Shown here piece by piece: positions 1 through 9,388 of a stretch of DNA of 64,000 nt. The number at the start of each line of letters is the position of its first letter. Position 1 is the first letter of the stretch. The stretch is from an uncultured delta proteobacterium (GTDB lineage Bacteria > Myxococcota_A > Polyangia > Haliangiales > Haliangiaceae), in NCBI GenBank assembly GCA_963772655.1, contig CAVYYE010000003.1, forward strand, positions 2,673,341 through 2,737,340. The letters run 5' to 3'. Position numbers and translations under genes: made by a program. A model generated the notes under the pieces. That model was not told the origin of the DNA, searched no databases, and worked only from the letters and a program-made list of their open reading frames with translations.

Positions 1-468
1 GAGTGGCTCGGACGCGACGACGAGCACGCGCACCACGTCCGCGACAGCATCGGCAAGACACCGGTTCCCGAGATGCGGATCGGTTATCGGCGCCACCTGA
101 TCGAGGTCGAGCTCAACGGTGGGTGGTCGTTCGACCTCGGTGGCGGATTCGTCGGTCGCTGGGAAGACGATGGCGCGCAGTGGTGGGCCACCGACGGAGA
201 TCGCGTCGTCGAGTTCACCAGCCTGACGGCCGACGGCGAGCTCGACTCGCAGAAGCTGCTCGAGGTCGCTCCCGCCTTGCATCCCGTGATCGGTCAGATC
301 GCCGAGGGCGAGTACCGTGGGCGCGCCGAGGCCTACGACGAAGACGACGTCCACGTCGTGCACGGCCTGGTGACGCGCGCACCACACGTGGCGATCCTGA
401 CGTGCAAGGGTCGCCCCTCCGACGAGGAGTGGGCGCTCGCGACGTGGCGTAGCCTGCGCAACGACTGA
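1..468 (+). CDS. hypothetical protein (5' partial; open to window start, internal ATG at 73)
   Basis: Frame 1 is open from nt 1 to the stop at 468. The amino-acid composition is not Arg-biased and the protein is acidic and Trp-containing, which looks protein-like. I recognise no domain. Confidence 0.45.
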   Translation, partial: EWLGRDDEHAHHVRDSIGKTPVPEMRIGYRRHLIEVELNGGWSFDLGGGFVGRWEDDGAQWWATDGDRVVEFTSLTADGELDSQKLLEVAPALHPVIGQIAEGEYRGRAEAYDEDDVHVVHGLVTRAPHVAILTCKGRPSDEEWALATWRSLRND

Positions 469-483
469 TAGGTTCGAACCGTC

Positions 484-1152
484 ATGGAGCTCCAGTTCAT
501 CGCGCTCCAGCTGGTGTCGCCGCTCGTCGGCATCGTCTTGCTGGGTCCGGTCGTGCTCTACCTGATCGCGCGCTGGCGCGCTCACCGCGATCCGGCACTC
601 GATCCACAGCTCGGGTTCAAGTTCGCCCTGCACTACTTCGCGACGCTGGCGTTCCACGTCGCGCTCGCCGGCGGCACGCTGCTCCTCTACACGATGATCC
701 GGCCGGGCGGCGACGACCACGGCACCAAGAGCGAGATGTATCGCCTCGCGTTCGGGTTCCTGGTGCCCGCGGGGATCGTGCTCGGCGGCAGCCTCGGCGT
801 GTTGACGCGGACCAACGATGGCCAGCGCCGGCAGATCCGCCGGCTGTTCGTCGGCTTCAACCTCGTGCTCACGGGGCTGGTCGGCTTCGGCGCGCTGGTC
901 CTCGGATTCCAGGCGCTGTTCGCGAAGGGCTCGACCGGCGGCATGGGCCATCTCGGTGGCGCGGCGATCGTGATCTACTGCAGCGCGTGGGGTGCCCTCG
1001 GCTGGCGCTTCTACCAGATGACGATCGGCTCGTACGGCTCGCAGGATCCGCCCGACATCGTGCCGCCGCCGGGCTCGGTCGCCGGACCCCACGCGCAACC
1101 CGGCGGGCTGCCACCGCTCGGCGACGGGTCGTTTCCTCCGATCGACCGCTAA
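484..1152 (+). CDS. integral membrane protein, 5-6 predicted TM helices, Pro/Gly-rich C-terminal tail
   Basis: There are hydrophobic stretches of about 20 aa (LVSPLVGIVLLGPVVLYLI, GFLVPAGIVLGGSLGVL, LVLTGLVGFGALVLGF). The ATG has a plausible upstream context. Confidence 0.6.
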   Translation: MELQFIALQLVSPLVGIVLLGPVVLYLIARWRAHRDPALDPQLGFKFALHYFATLAFHVALAGGTLLLYTMIRPGGDDHGTKSEMYRLAFGFLVPAGIVLGGSLGVLTRTNDGQRRQIRRLFVGFNLVLTGLVGFGALVLGFQALFAKGSTGGMGHLGGAAIVIYCSAWGALGWRFYQMTIGSYGSQDPPDIVPPPGSVAGPHAQPGGLPPLGDGSFPPIDR

Positions 1153-1868
1153 CGATCGAGCGGCGCGTCGTCGCGCGCGAACACGACCACGCGCTGGTCG
1201 TGCAGCTCCTCGTGCGATGTCACCAGCGCGAACCCGAGCTCCGTGAGCTCCTTGACGATCCGCGCGCGGGTCATCTTGTGCGCGGGCTTGATCGGAATGC
1301 TCGGGTCCTCGGCCTTGTACTCGACGAGCACGAGCTTGCCGCGCGGCTTGAGCGCGCGCCGGATGCCGGCCATCACGCCCGGCGGATCGACGAGCTCGTG
1401 ATAGACGTCGACGAGCAGCACGACGTCGCAGCAGCGCGCCGGCAGGTTGGCGCGATGATCGGTGCCGCGGATCAGGCGGACGTTGGTGAGGTGCTCCTCG
1501 GACACCCGGGTATCGAGCAGGCCGAGCATCTCGGGCTGCAGATCGGTCGCGAGCACCTCGCCCGTCGGTCCGACCCGCCGCGCGAGTCGGATCGTGAAAT
1601 AGCCGGTGCCCGCACCGACATCGGCGACCGTCATGCCCGAAACGATCCCGATCATGTCGAGCACCTTCTCTGGATGCTCGCGGCTCTCCCGTTCGGGACG
1701 ATCGAGCCAGGCGGCGCCGTGGAAGCTGCAGGTGTCGGCGATCGGCCGGCCCTCGTACGTCGGTCCCGCTGGTGGAGGGGACTCGGTGTCCTGACCGCCA
1801 CCGGACACGCCGCTCGAGCTCGAGCATCCCGAGGCGATCACCAGCGCCAGCACGACCGCGATCCGCAT
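1149..1868 (-). CDS. class I SAM-dependent methyltransferase, lipoprotein signal (…VIASGC)
   Basis: The SAM-binding motif I is present (VADVGAGTGYFT), along with motif II/post-I acidic residues. The N-terminal signal ends in a lipobox Cys. Confidence 0.8.
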   Translation of the reverse strand: MRIAVVLALVIASGCSSSSGVSGGGQDTESPPPAGPTYEGRPIADTCSFHGAAWLDRPERESREHPEKVLDMIGIVSGMTVADVGAGTGYFTIRLARRVGPTGEVLATDLQPEMLGLLDTRVSEEHLTNVRLIRGTDHRANLPARCCDVVLLVDVYHELVDPPGVMAGIRRALKPRGKLVLVEYKAEDPSIPIKPAHKMTRARIVKELTELGFALVTSHEELHDQRVVVFARDDAPLDR

Positions 1869-1899
1869 CGCGAGAAGCCTAGCGTAGTAGGCTGCCTCG

Positions 1900-2460
1900 G
1901 TGAGTGCGCGGTACCGTGTCGACTGGGACGAGCTGTCCGTGATCGAGCCGACGCTCGACGAGGTGCGAACGCATGCGCCGACGCTCGCGGTCGCCTACAA
2001 CGATCCGGAGAACGCACCGCTGCTCGGCCACACCAGCGAGCTCGCCGAGGCCGACGTGATCGAGCACTACGAGTCGCTGTTCGCGCAGGGCGCGCGACCG
2101 TTCCTGCTGCTCGAGGGTGGCGCGCTCGCCGGCGATGCCGACCTCCGCGGGATCGCCGGAACCACCGCCGAGTTCGCGTTCCTGATCGCGTCGCCCGCCT
2201 CGCAGGGCAAGGGTCTCGGCACGCGGTTCGCGATCATGATCCACGCGCTCGCGTTCGCGCAGCGCCTCGAGCGGATCTATGCGTCGGTGATCCCGGCGAA
2301 CACCGCCTCGCGTCGCGTGTTCGAGAAGCTCGGCTATGTCGAGGACACCAGCGATGACGCGCGCGCGTACGGCGACCCCGGGGATGTCGTGCTTTCCCTC
2401 GAACGTGGCGCGTTCACCGCGCGCCATGCGGTAGCGGACCTCCGGATCGCGGTGCGATAG
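1900..2460 (+). CDS. GNAT family N-acetyltransferase
   Basis: The acetyl-CoA binding motif A is present (Q/R-x-x-G-x-G/A: ...SQGKGLGTRF) in a protein of about 186 aa. The start is GTG. Confidence 0.75.
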   Translation: MSARYRVDWDELSVIEPTLDEVRTHAPTLAVAYNDPENAPLLGHTSELAEADVIEHYESLFAQGARPFLLLEGGALAGDADLRGIAGTTAEFAFLIASPASQGKGLGTRFAIMIHALAFAQRLERIYASVIPANTASRRVFEKLGYVEDTSDDARAYGDPGDVVLSLERGAFTARHAVADLRIAVR

Positions 2461-2467
2461 TCCTCGC

Positions 2468-2824
2468 ATGGCGCTCGCCTCGCAGATCCTGACCGCCGTG
2501 GTCGCTCTCCTGCACGTCTACTTCATGGTGCTCGAGATGTTCTTGTGGGCGACACCCACCGGGCAACGCACCTTCAAACGCAGCGCCGAGGAGCAGCTCT
2601 CGACCAAGGCGCTCGCCGCGAACCAGGGGCTCTACAACGGGTTCCTCGCCGCGGGGCTCGCGTGGTCGCTGTTCGCGCCCGAGCCGATCGCGCACGCGAT
2701 TCGCGTGTTCTTCCTCGCGTGCGTCGTGATCGCCGGCATCTACGGTGCCGCGACGGCGGCCAAGCAGATCCTGTTCGTGCAGGCGATCCCCGCGGCGGCC
2801 GCGCTCGTCGTCACGCTGCTCTGA
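2468..2824 (+). CDS. small membrane protein, DUF1304-like
   Basis: The protein is 118 aa with 3-4 TM segments (LHVYFMVLEMFLWATP, GLYNGFLAAGLAWSLF). The resemblance to the DUF1304 family is from memory. Confidence 0.5.
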   Translation: MALASQILTAVVALLHVYFMVLEMFLWATPTGQRTFKRSAEEQLSTKALAANQGLYNGFLAAGLAWSLFAPEPIAHAIRVFFLACVVIAGIYGAATAAKQILFVQAIPAAAALVVTLL

Positions 2825-2829
2825 CGACC

Positions 2830-3609
2830 TCAGGCGTCGGCGAGCGGCGTGTCTCGAATGTGCGCGATCACGGTGCCGTGGTCGCTGGTACCGAAGTCGC
2901 GGTACGCGGCACACACACAGGTGCCGTCGATCAGCTCGCGACTCGCGATCACGTAGTCGAGCCGCCACCCGATGTTGCGCTGGCGCATGTTCCGCCATGG
3001 CGCCCACCACGTGAACAACCGATCGTTATCGGGGTCGACCTCGCGATGGAGATCGACGAGCCCGTGCGACAGGAACTGCTCGAACAGCGTCCGCTCCTCG
3101 ACGCTCTGCCCGATCATGTCCTTGCGTAGCATCGGGTGGACGTCGATCGGGAGCCGCGCGATGTTGAAGTCGCCGCACAGCACGAGGTACCTGCCGGCCT
3201 CGCGGAGCTCCGCCGCCCACAGCACGAGCTCCTTCCAGAACTCGATCTTCGCCGCGTAGTCCTTGCCGCCGTTCGGTCCGTACACCGTGCCGTAGACGAC
3301 GTTGTCGATCTCGGCGACAGCGATCCGGGTCTCGATGTCGAACCGCGGATGCGTGAACTCCGGCGGCGTGTCGCCGAACGTCTTCACGCGCAGCATCAGC
3401 GCGACGCCCGAGTAACCGGGATGCCCGTGCCAGTGGCAGTGGTAGCCGGGGACCTCGACGATCGGTTCCGGCAGCTGGTGGAGTGCGGCCTTGGTCTCCT
3501 GCAGGCACACCACGTCGGGCTCCTCGCGATCGATCCACGACAGCACCTCCGACGACCGCTTGCGGATGCCGTTGACGTTCCAGGTCCCGAGCTTCACCCT
3601 CGACCACAT
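2830..3609 (-). CDS. xthA: exodeoxyribonuclease III (AP endonuclease, ExoIII/Xth family)
   Basis: The N-terminus is MWSRVKLGTWNVNGIRKR, and the protein carries QETK, the C-terminal SDH motif and WR...DY. It is 259 aa. The ATG is placed at 3609-3607 after trimming the Arg-rich upstream extension of the 465-aa ORF. Confidence 0.9.
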   Translation of the reverse strand: MWSRVKLGTWNVNGIRKRSSEVLSWIDREEPDVVCLQETKAALHQLPEPIVEVPGYHCHWHGHPGYSGVALMLRVKTFGDTPPEFTHPRFDIETRIAVAEIDNVVYGTVYGPNGGKDYAAKIEFWKELVLWAAELREAGRYLVLCGDFNIARLPIDVHPMLRKDMIGQSVEERTLFEQFLSHGLVDLHREVDPDNDRLFTWWAPWRNMRQRNIGWRLDYVIASRELIDGTCVCAAYRDFGTSDHGTVIAHIRDTPLADA

Positions 3610-3690
3610 ACCACAACTATTTCCAGGTGTTCTCATCACAAAACAAACGAACGTTTGCTTTTTTCGAGCGGTCTTGATACCCGTCTTGGC
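3610..3690. promoter_or_regulatory. divergent promoter/operator region between xthA and tetR-family gene; AT-richer island with near-palindrome around AACGTT (aaacaaacgAACGTTtgcttttt)
   Basis: This is the only AT-rich stretch in the first 6 kb. It lies between divergently transcribed genes, and TetR regulators typically bind palindromes in their own upstream region. Confidence 0.35.
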
Positions 3691-4257
3691 GTGGCGAAGC
3701 CATCGACCGACCGCATCCTCAAGAGCTCCGAGCGGGTGCTCGCCGAACGTGGATACAGTGATGTCTCGCTCCGGCAGCTGATGGCTGCGGCTGGCGTGTC
3801 GACGACCGCGTTCTACGCGCGCTTCGCTTCGAAGGAGGCCGTGATGGAGGCGCTGGTGACCGGGCTGTTCGCCGATCTCTACGGGGCCGCACCCGACGTG
3901 CTCGATCGCGCGCGCGATCTCGAGGCCGGCATCGAGATCGGCGTCGATCTGTTGTGCGAACAACTCGGCCCGCGCCGCGCGCTGGTCGGCGTGATCCTGT
4001 CGGAGACCGGCTCGATCCCGGGAGCGATCGAGGCGCGCCGCAACGCGTATCACCTGCTGGCCGCGGTGCTGGCCGACCGGTTGCGCCCGTCGTGTCGAGA
4101 TCGCGTCGATCCGACCGCGCTCGCGTGGGGATTGGTCGGCGCGCTCGAGATCCAGTTCGTGCGCTGGGCGGTATGGCAGGACATCGAGCTTCCCGAGCTC
4201 CATACCCAGCTCGCCACCACCGCGCACGCGATCCTCGACCCGCTGGTGCGCCGATGA
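3691..4257 (+). CDS. TetR/AcrR family transcriptional regulator
   Basis: The GTG start gives MAKPSTDRILKSSERVLAERGYSDVSLRQLMAAAGVSTTAFYARFASKEAV, a typical TetR N-terminal HTH. The TGA overlaps the next ATG (ATGA). Confidence 0.85.
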   Translation: MAKPSTDRILKSSERVLAERGYSDVSLRQLMAAAGVSTTAFYARFASKEAVMEALVTGLFADLYGAAPDVLDRARDLEAGIEIGVDLLCEQLGPRRALVGVILSETGSIPGAIEARRNAYHLLAAVLADRLRPSCRDRVDPTALAWGLVGALEIQFVRWAVWQDIELPELHTQLATTAHAILDPLVRR

Positions 4258-6422
4258 TCGCGGTGCGAGTCGTCACGCTCGCGGCCGTGATCGTGGCGAC
4301 GGCATGCGGCGACAACGATCCCGGCGTCGGATTTCGCATGCTCGCGACCGCCGACATTCCCGCGTACGGCGACGTGCCGTTTCCGACGGACGCCGCGATC
4401 GAGAACGGCCGACTCGCAGTCAAGGGCCTCGATCGGATCGCCGACCTCCGCCTCGATCTGATCGAGACCCAGCTCGGCGCGCTCGACGGCTACGGCGTGC
4501 GACCGCTGGTCGAGATGTTCGCCGAGGCGCCGCTCGACGAGGACTCGCTGCCGACCATCACCACCTCCACCGACGACATCGCCGGCTTGATCGACGTCGA
4601 TCTCGATTCGCCGGAGCGCGGCCGGGTGATCGCGATGGACTGGCACTACGATCCCGATCGCGAGGTGCTCGCCGGATCCCCACGCCCCGGAGAGGTCCTG
4701 CGCGAGGGCACGCGCTACGCCGCGTGGGTCACCACCGACGTTCGTTCCAGCGGTGTACCGCTGCATCCGGTATCGCGCGCCGGCCTCGATCATCCGCGCT
4801 GGGCGTCGACCCTCGCCGCGCTCGACGGCCTCGATCAGCTGGCGGGCCACGAGATCGCCGGGATCGCCGCGTTCACCACGCAGCACGCCTCGGCGCCGCT
4901 GGTCGCGGCCCGTGACGTGATGACCACGCTGCCTCCTCCCGAGCTCGCGTTCCCCGATCCGGACCTCGGCTTCACCGGCGCTCGGCTCGATGCCATCCTC
5001 GGCACCGCCGCGCGCTTCACCGACGGACCGCGCACCGGCCTCGAGCACTGGGGCAACGACAACCCGACCGGCATCGCGCACGATCACGTGGGTGCGATCG
5101 TGACCGGCACGATCACGATCGCGCGGTTTCGCCGCGACGACACCGGCACCGACCTTCCCGATGATGAGACCTTCGAGCTCGATGGCGACGGGGTCCCGCG
5201 CGTGGTCGCGATCGAGCCGATTCCGATCACGTTCATCGTGCCGGCAACTCCATCGCCACCCGCAGGTTACCCGGTCGTGATCTACGGACACGGGCTCGGT
5301 GCCAGCCGCGACCAGCTGTTGTCGTTTGCCGAACCGCTGACCTCGCAGGGCTACGCGCTCGTCGGCATCGACATGGTCGGGCACGGTTCGCGCTTCGACC
5401 CCGGCGATCGCGTCGCCAACATGGCCGGTCAGCTGTCGGCGTTCTCCGGCGACCCCTCACAGCGCGATGGCTTCGGCGACACCACCGGCGCGACCACGCA
5501 GTTCGAGTTCTTCGAGGGATTCCAGAACGTGCTCGCGGTACGCGACGCGATCCGCCAGTCGGCGCTCGACCTGTCGCGCGTGGCGCAGCTCGTCCACGCC
5601 GGGGTCACGCTTCCCGACGGCACGCAGCTCGATCCAGACCGCGTCGCCTATCTCGGGGAATCGTTCGGCACCGTGGTCGGCACGCTGTTCGCCGCGATCG
5701 AACCGACGATCGACCTCTACGTGCTCGACGTCCCGGGTGGCGGCATCCTCGATCGCATCCTCCCCAACAGCCCCGAGATCGGGCAGCTCGCGCTGCCGCT
5801 GATCGAGACCCTCTATCACCCCCACGCACGCCTCGATCGCTGGAATCCGCTGATCGGGCTCGTCCAGGCCACGATCGATGGCGGCGATCCGCTGACCTAC
5901 GCTCCTCACGTGCTCCGCGATCGGTTCGCGATCGACGGCACTCGACTCGGACCGCGCAGCGTGGTCGCGATCGAGGTCGTGGGAGATCAGATCCTGCCGA
6001 ACGTCGCCACCGAGCCGCTCGCTCGCGAGCTCGGCCTCGACGTGCTGGTGCCGAACCTGGTCGTCCCCGACGGGATGCAGGGGATTCCGGCGCCGGCCAC
6101 AGCGAACCTGGACGGTCAGACGGCGGTGCTGGTCCAGTATTCACCGGCGACGCACGGTGCGAACTGGACGGCGGAGCACGGCACGCTGCGGTTCCTTCCG
6201 GGCTTTCCGGCCGATGGTGACGACCCGTTTCCGCGACTTCCCGAGGACATCACGATCGCGAACCCGATCTACGAGACCCTCGACCAGGTGTTCGACATCC
6301 TCGCCACGCACCGGACCGGGGTCCCGCGCGTGATCTCGACGCTGGCGCCCGTGTCCGACTTCGACGGAGATGGTGTCCCGGACGACACCGATCGCAACCC
6401 CTACGATCCGTCGATGCGCTGA
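4254..6422 (+). CDS. secreted lipoprotein alpha/beta-hydrolase (putative lipase/esterase), C-terminal DxDxDG calcium-binding-like tail
   Basis: The lipobox reads MIAVRVVTLAAVIVATAC. The nucleophile elbow is GESFG and IYGHGLG is oxyanion-like. The C-terminus DFDGDGVPDDTDRNPYDP resembles a thrombospondin-type3/Ca-binding motif. The start codon overlaps the tetR stop. Confidence 0.7.
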   Translation: MIAVRVVTLAAVIVATACGDNDPGVGFRMLATADIPAYGDVPFPTDAAIENGRLAVKGLDRIADLRLDLIETQLGALDGYGVRPLVEMFAEAPLDEDSLPTITTSTDDIAGLIDVDLDSPERGRVIAMDWHYDPDREVLAGSPRPGEVLREGTRYAAWVTTDVRSSGVPLHPVSRAGLDHPRWASTLAALDGLDQLAGHEIAGIAAFTTQHASAPLVAARDVMTTLPPPELAFPDPDLGFTGARLDAILGTAARFTDGPRTGLEHWGNDNPTGIAHDHVGAIVTGTITIARFRRDDTGTDLPDDETFELDGDGVPRVVAIEPIPITFIVPATPSPPAGYPVVIYGHGLGASRDQLLSFAEPLTSQGYALVGIDMVGHGSRFDPGDRVANMAGQLSAFSGDPSQRDGFGDTTGATTQFEFFEGFQNVLAVRDAIRQSALDLSRVAQLVHAGVTLPDGTQLDPDRVAYLGESFGTVVGTLFAAIEPTIDLYVLDVPGGGILDRILPNSPEIGQLALPLIETLYHPHARLDRWNPLIGLVQATIDGGDPLTYAPHVLRDRFAIDGTRLGPRSVVAIEVVGDQILPNVATEPLARELGLDVLVPNLVVPDGMQGIPAPATANLDGQTAVLVQYSPATHGANWTAEHGTLRFLPGFPADGDDPFPRLPEDITIANPIYETLDQVFDILATHRTGVPRVISTLAPVSDFDGDGVPDDTDRNPYDPSMR

Positions 6423-6445
6423 ACGAGCTGTGTCATAGTCGCCGG

Positions 6446-8551
6446 ATGGTGGGAACTACCGTGAGGGCGCTCCGCCTCGCCATTGTGATCCTGTTGTCTG
6501 CCGGCACGGCCGTCGCCGGTCCGGTCACGTCGTACGACTGCGCACCCGGCACACCGGTCAAGGGCGTCGGCTGCTCGTGTCCGAAAAGCTACAAGGGCAA
6601 GGCGTACACGCCGAAGCGCGACTCCGCAGATCCCGGTCGTGCGATCTGCGCGGTGCAGAGCTCCCGCCCGTATCGCCCGCGCGGCAACTACACCAAGCTC
6701 GTCGAGCAGGCGAACAACTATGCCGACGCGTTCAACTGCACCAAGGCCGAGGAGACCTATCAGCAAGCGTTGAAGGTCAACTCGCGCGGCCTCGAGGCGC
6801 TGGTCGGCTCGGGCAACTGCATGGTGCGCGAGCGCAAGTGGACCAACGCGCACATGCGCTTCGATCGCGCGCTCGCGATCAATCGCAAGTACGAGCCGGC
6901 GCTGTGGGGCAAGGCCGAGGCCTACCGCCTCGCGTACAAGAAGGACGACGCGATCGCCGCGTATCGCCAGTACCTCGATGCCTATCCCAACTCGTACAAG
7001 GCGAAGCAGGCGCTCGAGAAGCTCACGCAAGGTGCGCCGCAGATCGGAACGCCACCCGTGCGTCCCGGTCGCTACCCGACGCGCACCCAGGACGTCAACG
7101 TTTCGATCTCCGGGTCGAACATCGTGTGCAACGGCGTGGCCGTCAGCGGTACGCCGCGCCTGGCCGACTTCGAGGCGATCTACGGCAAGCCCGATCGCGT
7201 GTGGGACACCAAGGGCGGCGTCAACAAGGTGCATACCTGGGATCGGCTCGGCCTCGTGGTCTACGAGCCGAAGGACGGCCGCGCGATCTCGGCAACGTTC
7301 CCGTTCAAGCCGATGGGCATGGCCTACGACCCGTCGACGATGTTCCGTGGCTCGATCACCGTCGACGGCTACGCGCTCTCGCGTGCCACGAGCCTCGGTA
7401 GCGTGAAGAACCGGCCGGGCGCGACCCAGCCGTATTCGAGCACCTCGGTGGTGATCGCGAAAGGCGACTTCAACGTGTTCGTCACCGGGAAGAGCGGTCC
7501 GCTCGACCTCGTCGAGCTCAGTCTGTGGAAGCGTGGCAACTCCTCCACCAACACCAGCAAGTACAAGAACACGCGCGACGTACGTGTCGTGGTCAACGGC
7601 ACGCGCGTGACGATGAACGGCGTGACGATCAGCGGACGGCCGATGCTCGCCGACATCGAGAAGATCTACGGCAAACCGGATCGCACGTGGGACACCGGCG
7701 CGAGCAACCGCGTTCACACGTGGGACAAGCTCGGCCTCGTCGTCTACGAGCCGCGCGACGGGCGCTGCATCTCGACGACGTTCCCGTACAAGCCGATGGG
7801 AAGCTCGTACGACCCGTCCACCATGTTCGGTGGCTCGATCATCGTCGACGGTCGATCGGTGACGAAGTTTTTGACGATCCCGTCGATCAAGTCGCGACCG
7901 GGAGCGACGCAGCCGTACGGCAAGAACTCGATCGTGTTCGACAAGGGCGATATCCACGTGTTCACGATCTCGAAGAAGGGCGGCCCGATCGACCTCGTCG
8001 AGATCAGCTACTGGCAACGCGACAAACGCGGCACCTCACTCGGTGGCAACAACACCACGACCTCGAGCGGTGGTCGCGTGGCGAACGCGAAGGACGTGCG
8101 CGTCGAAGTCGTCGGTACCACGGTCAAGCTGCAGGGCGTCGCGATCAGCGGCAAGCCCCGCGTGTCCGATATCACCGCGATCTACGGCAAGCCCGATCGC
8201 GTGTGGGACAAGAAGGGTTCTCCCAACCGCATCCACACCTGGGACAACCTCGGCTTCGTCGTCTACGAGCCGCACGATGGTCGGGCGATCTCGTTGACCA
8301 TGCCGTTCAAGCCGATGAACAACACGTTCTCTCCGAGGACGCTGTTCAAGGGACGGGTCTCGCTCGACCGCCGCGGGTTCTACAACTTCAACACCATCGG
8401 CACGATCAAGCGACGCAAGGGCGCGACCCAGCCGTACGGCGCGACCTCCGTCGTGTTCGATCTCGGCGACGTCCACGTGTTCACGACCGCTTCCAAGTCG
8501 ACCTCCTCGACGATCGATCTCGTCGAGGTCAGCTTCTGGCAGCACAAGTAG
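6446..8551 (+). CDS. secreted protein: signal peptide + TPR-like helical N-domain + three tandem ~160-aa repeats of an uncharacterised module
   Basis: The signal peptide is MVGTTVRALRLAIVILLSAGTAVAG. The N-terminal roughly 200 aa are helical and TPR-like (AEAYRLAYKKDDAIAAYRQYLDAYP). Three paralogous repeats then each contain IYGKPDR-WD...HTWD-LGLVVYEP-DGR-IS-TFP-KPMG...PGATQPY...V-G/F. Confidence 0.75.
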   Translation: MVGTTVRALRLAIVILLSAGTAVAGPVTSYDCAPGTPVKGVGCSCPKSYKGKAYTPKRDSADPGRAICAVQSSRPYRPRGNYTKLVEQANNYADAFNCTKAEETYQQALKVNSRGLEALVGSGNCMVRERKWTNAHMRFDRALAINRKYEPALWGKAEAYRLAYKKDDAIAAYRQYLDAYPNSYKAKQALEKLTQGAPQIGTPPVRPGRYPTRTQDVNVSISGSNIVCNGVAVSGTPRLADFEAIYGKPDRVWDTKGGVNKVHTWDRLGLVVYEPKDGRAISATFPFKPMGMAYDPSTMFRGSITVDGYALSRATSLGSVKNRPGATQPYSSTSVVIAKGDFNVFVTGKSGPLDLVELSLWKRGNSSTNTSKYKNTRDVRVVVNGTRVTMNGVTISGRPMLADIEKIYGKPDRTWDTGASNRVHTWDKLGLVVYEPRDGRCISTTFPYKPMGSSYDPSTMFGGSIIVDGRSVTKFLTIPSIKSRPGATQPYGKNSIVFDKGDIHVFTISKKGGPIDLVEISYWQRDKRGTSLGGNNTTTSSGGRVANAKDVRVEVVGTTVKLQGVAISGKPRVSDITAIYGKPDRVWDKKGSPNRIHTWDNLGFVVYEPHDGRAISLTMPFKPMNNTFSPRTLFKGRVSLDRRGFYNFNTIGTIKRRKGATQPYGATSVVFDLGDVHVFTTASKSTSSTIDLVEVSFWQHK
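7094..8548 (+). repeat. three in-frame tandem coding repeats (~477-507 bp each: 7094-7570, 7571-8077, 8078-8548)
   Basis: Protein-level self-similarity of about 45-55% identity between the three units. Each unit itself looks like two related half-modules. Confidence 0.7.
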
Positions 8552-8559
8552 GACGCGCG

Positions 8560-9294
8560 CTACTCGTCGTCGTTGTCGCTCGCGATCTCGCCGGTCACGG
8601 ACTCGAGCTCCGTCCCGGCCTCTTCCATCCCCGCTCCGATCAGCGCGCGACCGAGGTCCTCGAGGCTGACCAGCTCGGCGATCGGTGCCGTGGCACGCGG
8701 CTTCGCGACGCCGGTGTACGCGTGCGCGAGCCCGAACGCGACCACCTCGCCGCTGCGTCGTCCGAGCGCCGGCTCCGGCGGCAACCAGGCGAACGCGATC
8801 GCACCGACGATCGGTGCCGACGCGTGTGCGGGATGTAGCGGACTCGCGAGGTAGAGGATCAGGTCGCTCATGCCGCCGGCATCGTCGGCGTCGATGTCGA
8901 CCGGGATCAGCGACCGCTCGAAACCGGTGCCGCTCGCCTCGACCGTGACGATCGCCGAGGTCGCACCGTGAACGTTGACGCTGGCGTTGACCGCTCCGAT
9001 CGAGAGCGGCTGGAGATCGTGATCGGCCGGGATCTCGACCTCGATGTCGATCAGCCCGACGCCGGCGTAGCGACCGATCGTCCAGGTGCCGGTCGCGATC
9101 CGTGCCGAGCCATCGAGCTTGGTCGCGATCGCGAGCTCGGCCTGCGAGTGCGCGCGGAGCAGCTCCGCACCGGTCACCCCGATGATGCGCGGGCCGTTGG
9201 CGACCAGCGTGACCGGCCCGATGAACTGCGGGGTGTCACCGAGGGCGATCAGCGGCGCAACGGAACGTAGCTCCGGTGCGTTCGGGTCGCGCAT
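8560..9294 (-). CDS. hypothetical protein (beta-rich, Gly-rich; possibly AIM24/DUF124-like)
   Basis: The C-terminal roughly 240 aa of the 328-aa ORF are non-Arg-biased. The start is placed at the ATG at 9294-9292, leaving about 95 bp of intergenic space to the divergent acyltransferase. The domain assignment is uncertain. Confidence 0.45.
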   Translation of the reverse strand: MRDPNAPELRSVAPLIALGDTPQFIGPVTLVANGPRIIGVTGAELLRAHSQAELAIATKLDGSARIATGTWTIGRYAGVGLIDIEVEIPADHDLQPLSIGAVNASVNVHGATSAIVTVEASGTGFERSLIPVDIDADDAGGMSDLILYLASPLHPAHASAPIVGAIAFAWLPPEPALGRRSGEVVAFGLAHAYTGVAKPRATAPIAELVSLEDLGRALIGAGMEEAGTELESVTGEIASDNDDE

Positions 9295-9388
9295 CACGCG
9301 CCCACACTCGCACATCGCAATCCGGTCCAGCAAGCCGCCGGGGGGGCACGATTGGGGTACGACATCGGCTCTGTGGCACCCTAGTGTC

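Noticed and set aside
6401-8017. 538-aa minus-strand ORF
   Set aside because: It is antisense to the well-supported repeat-protein gene. Arg/Ala/His-rich composition is typical of shadow ORFs in 70% GC DNA.
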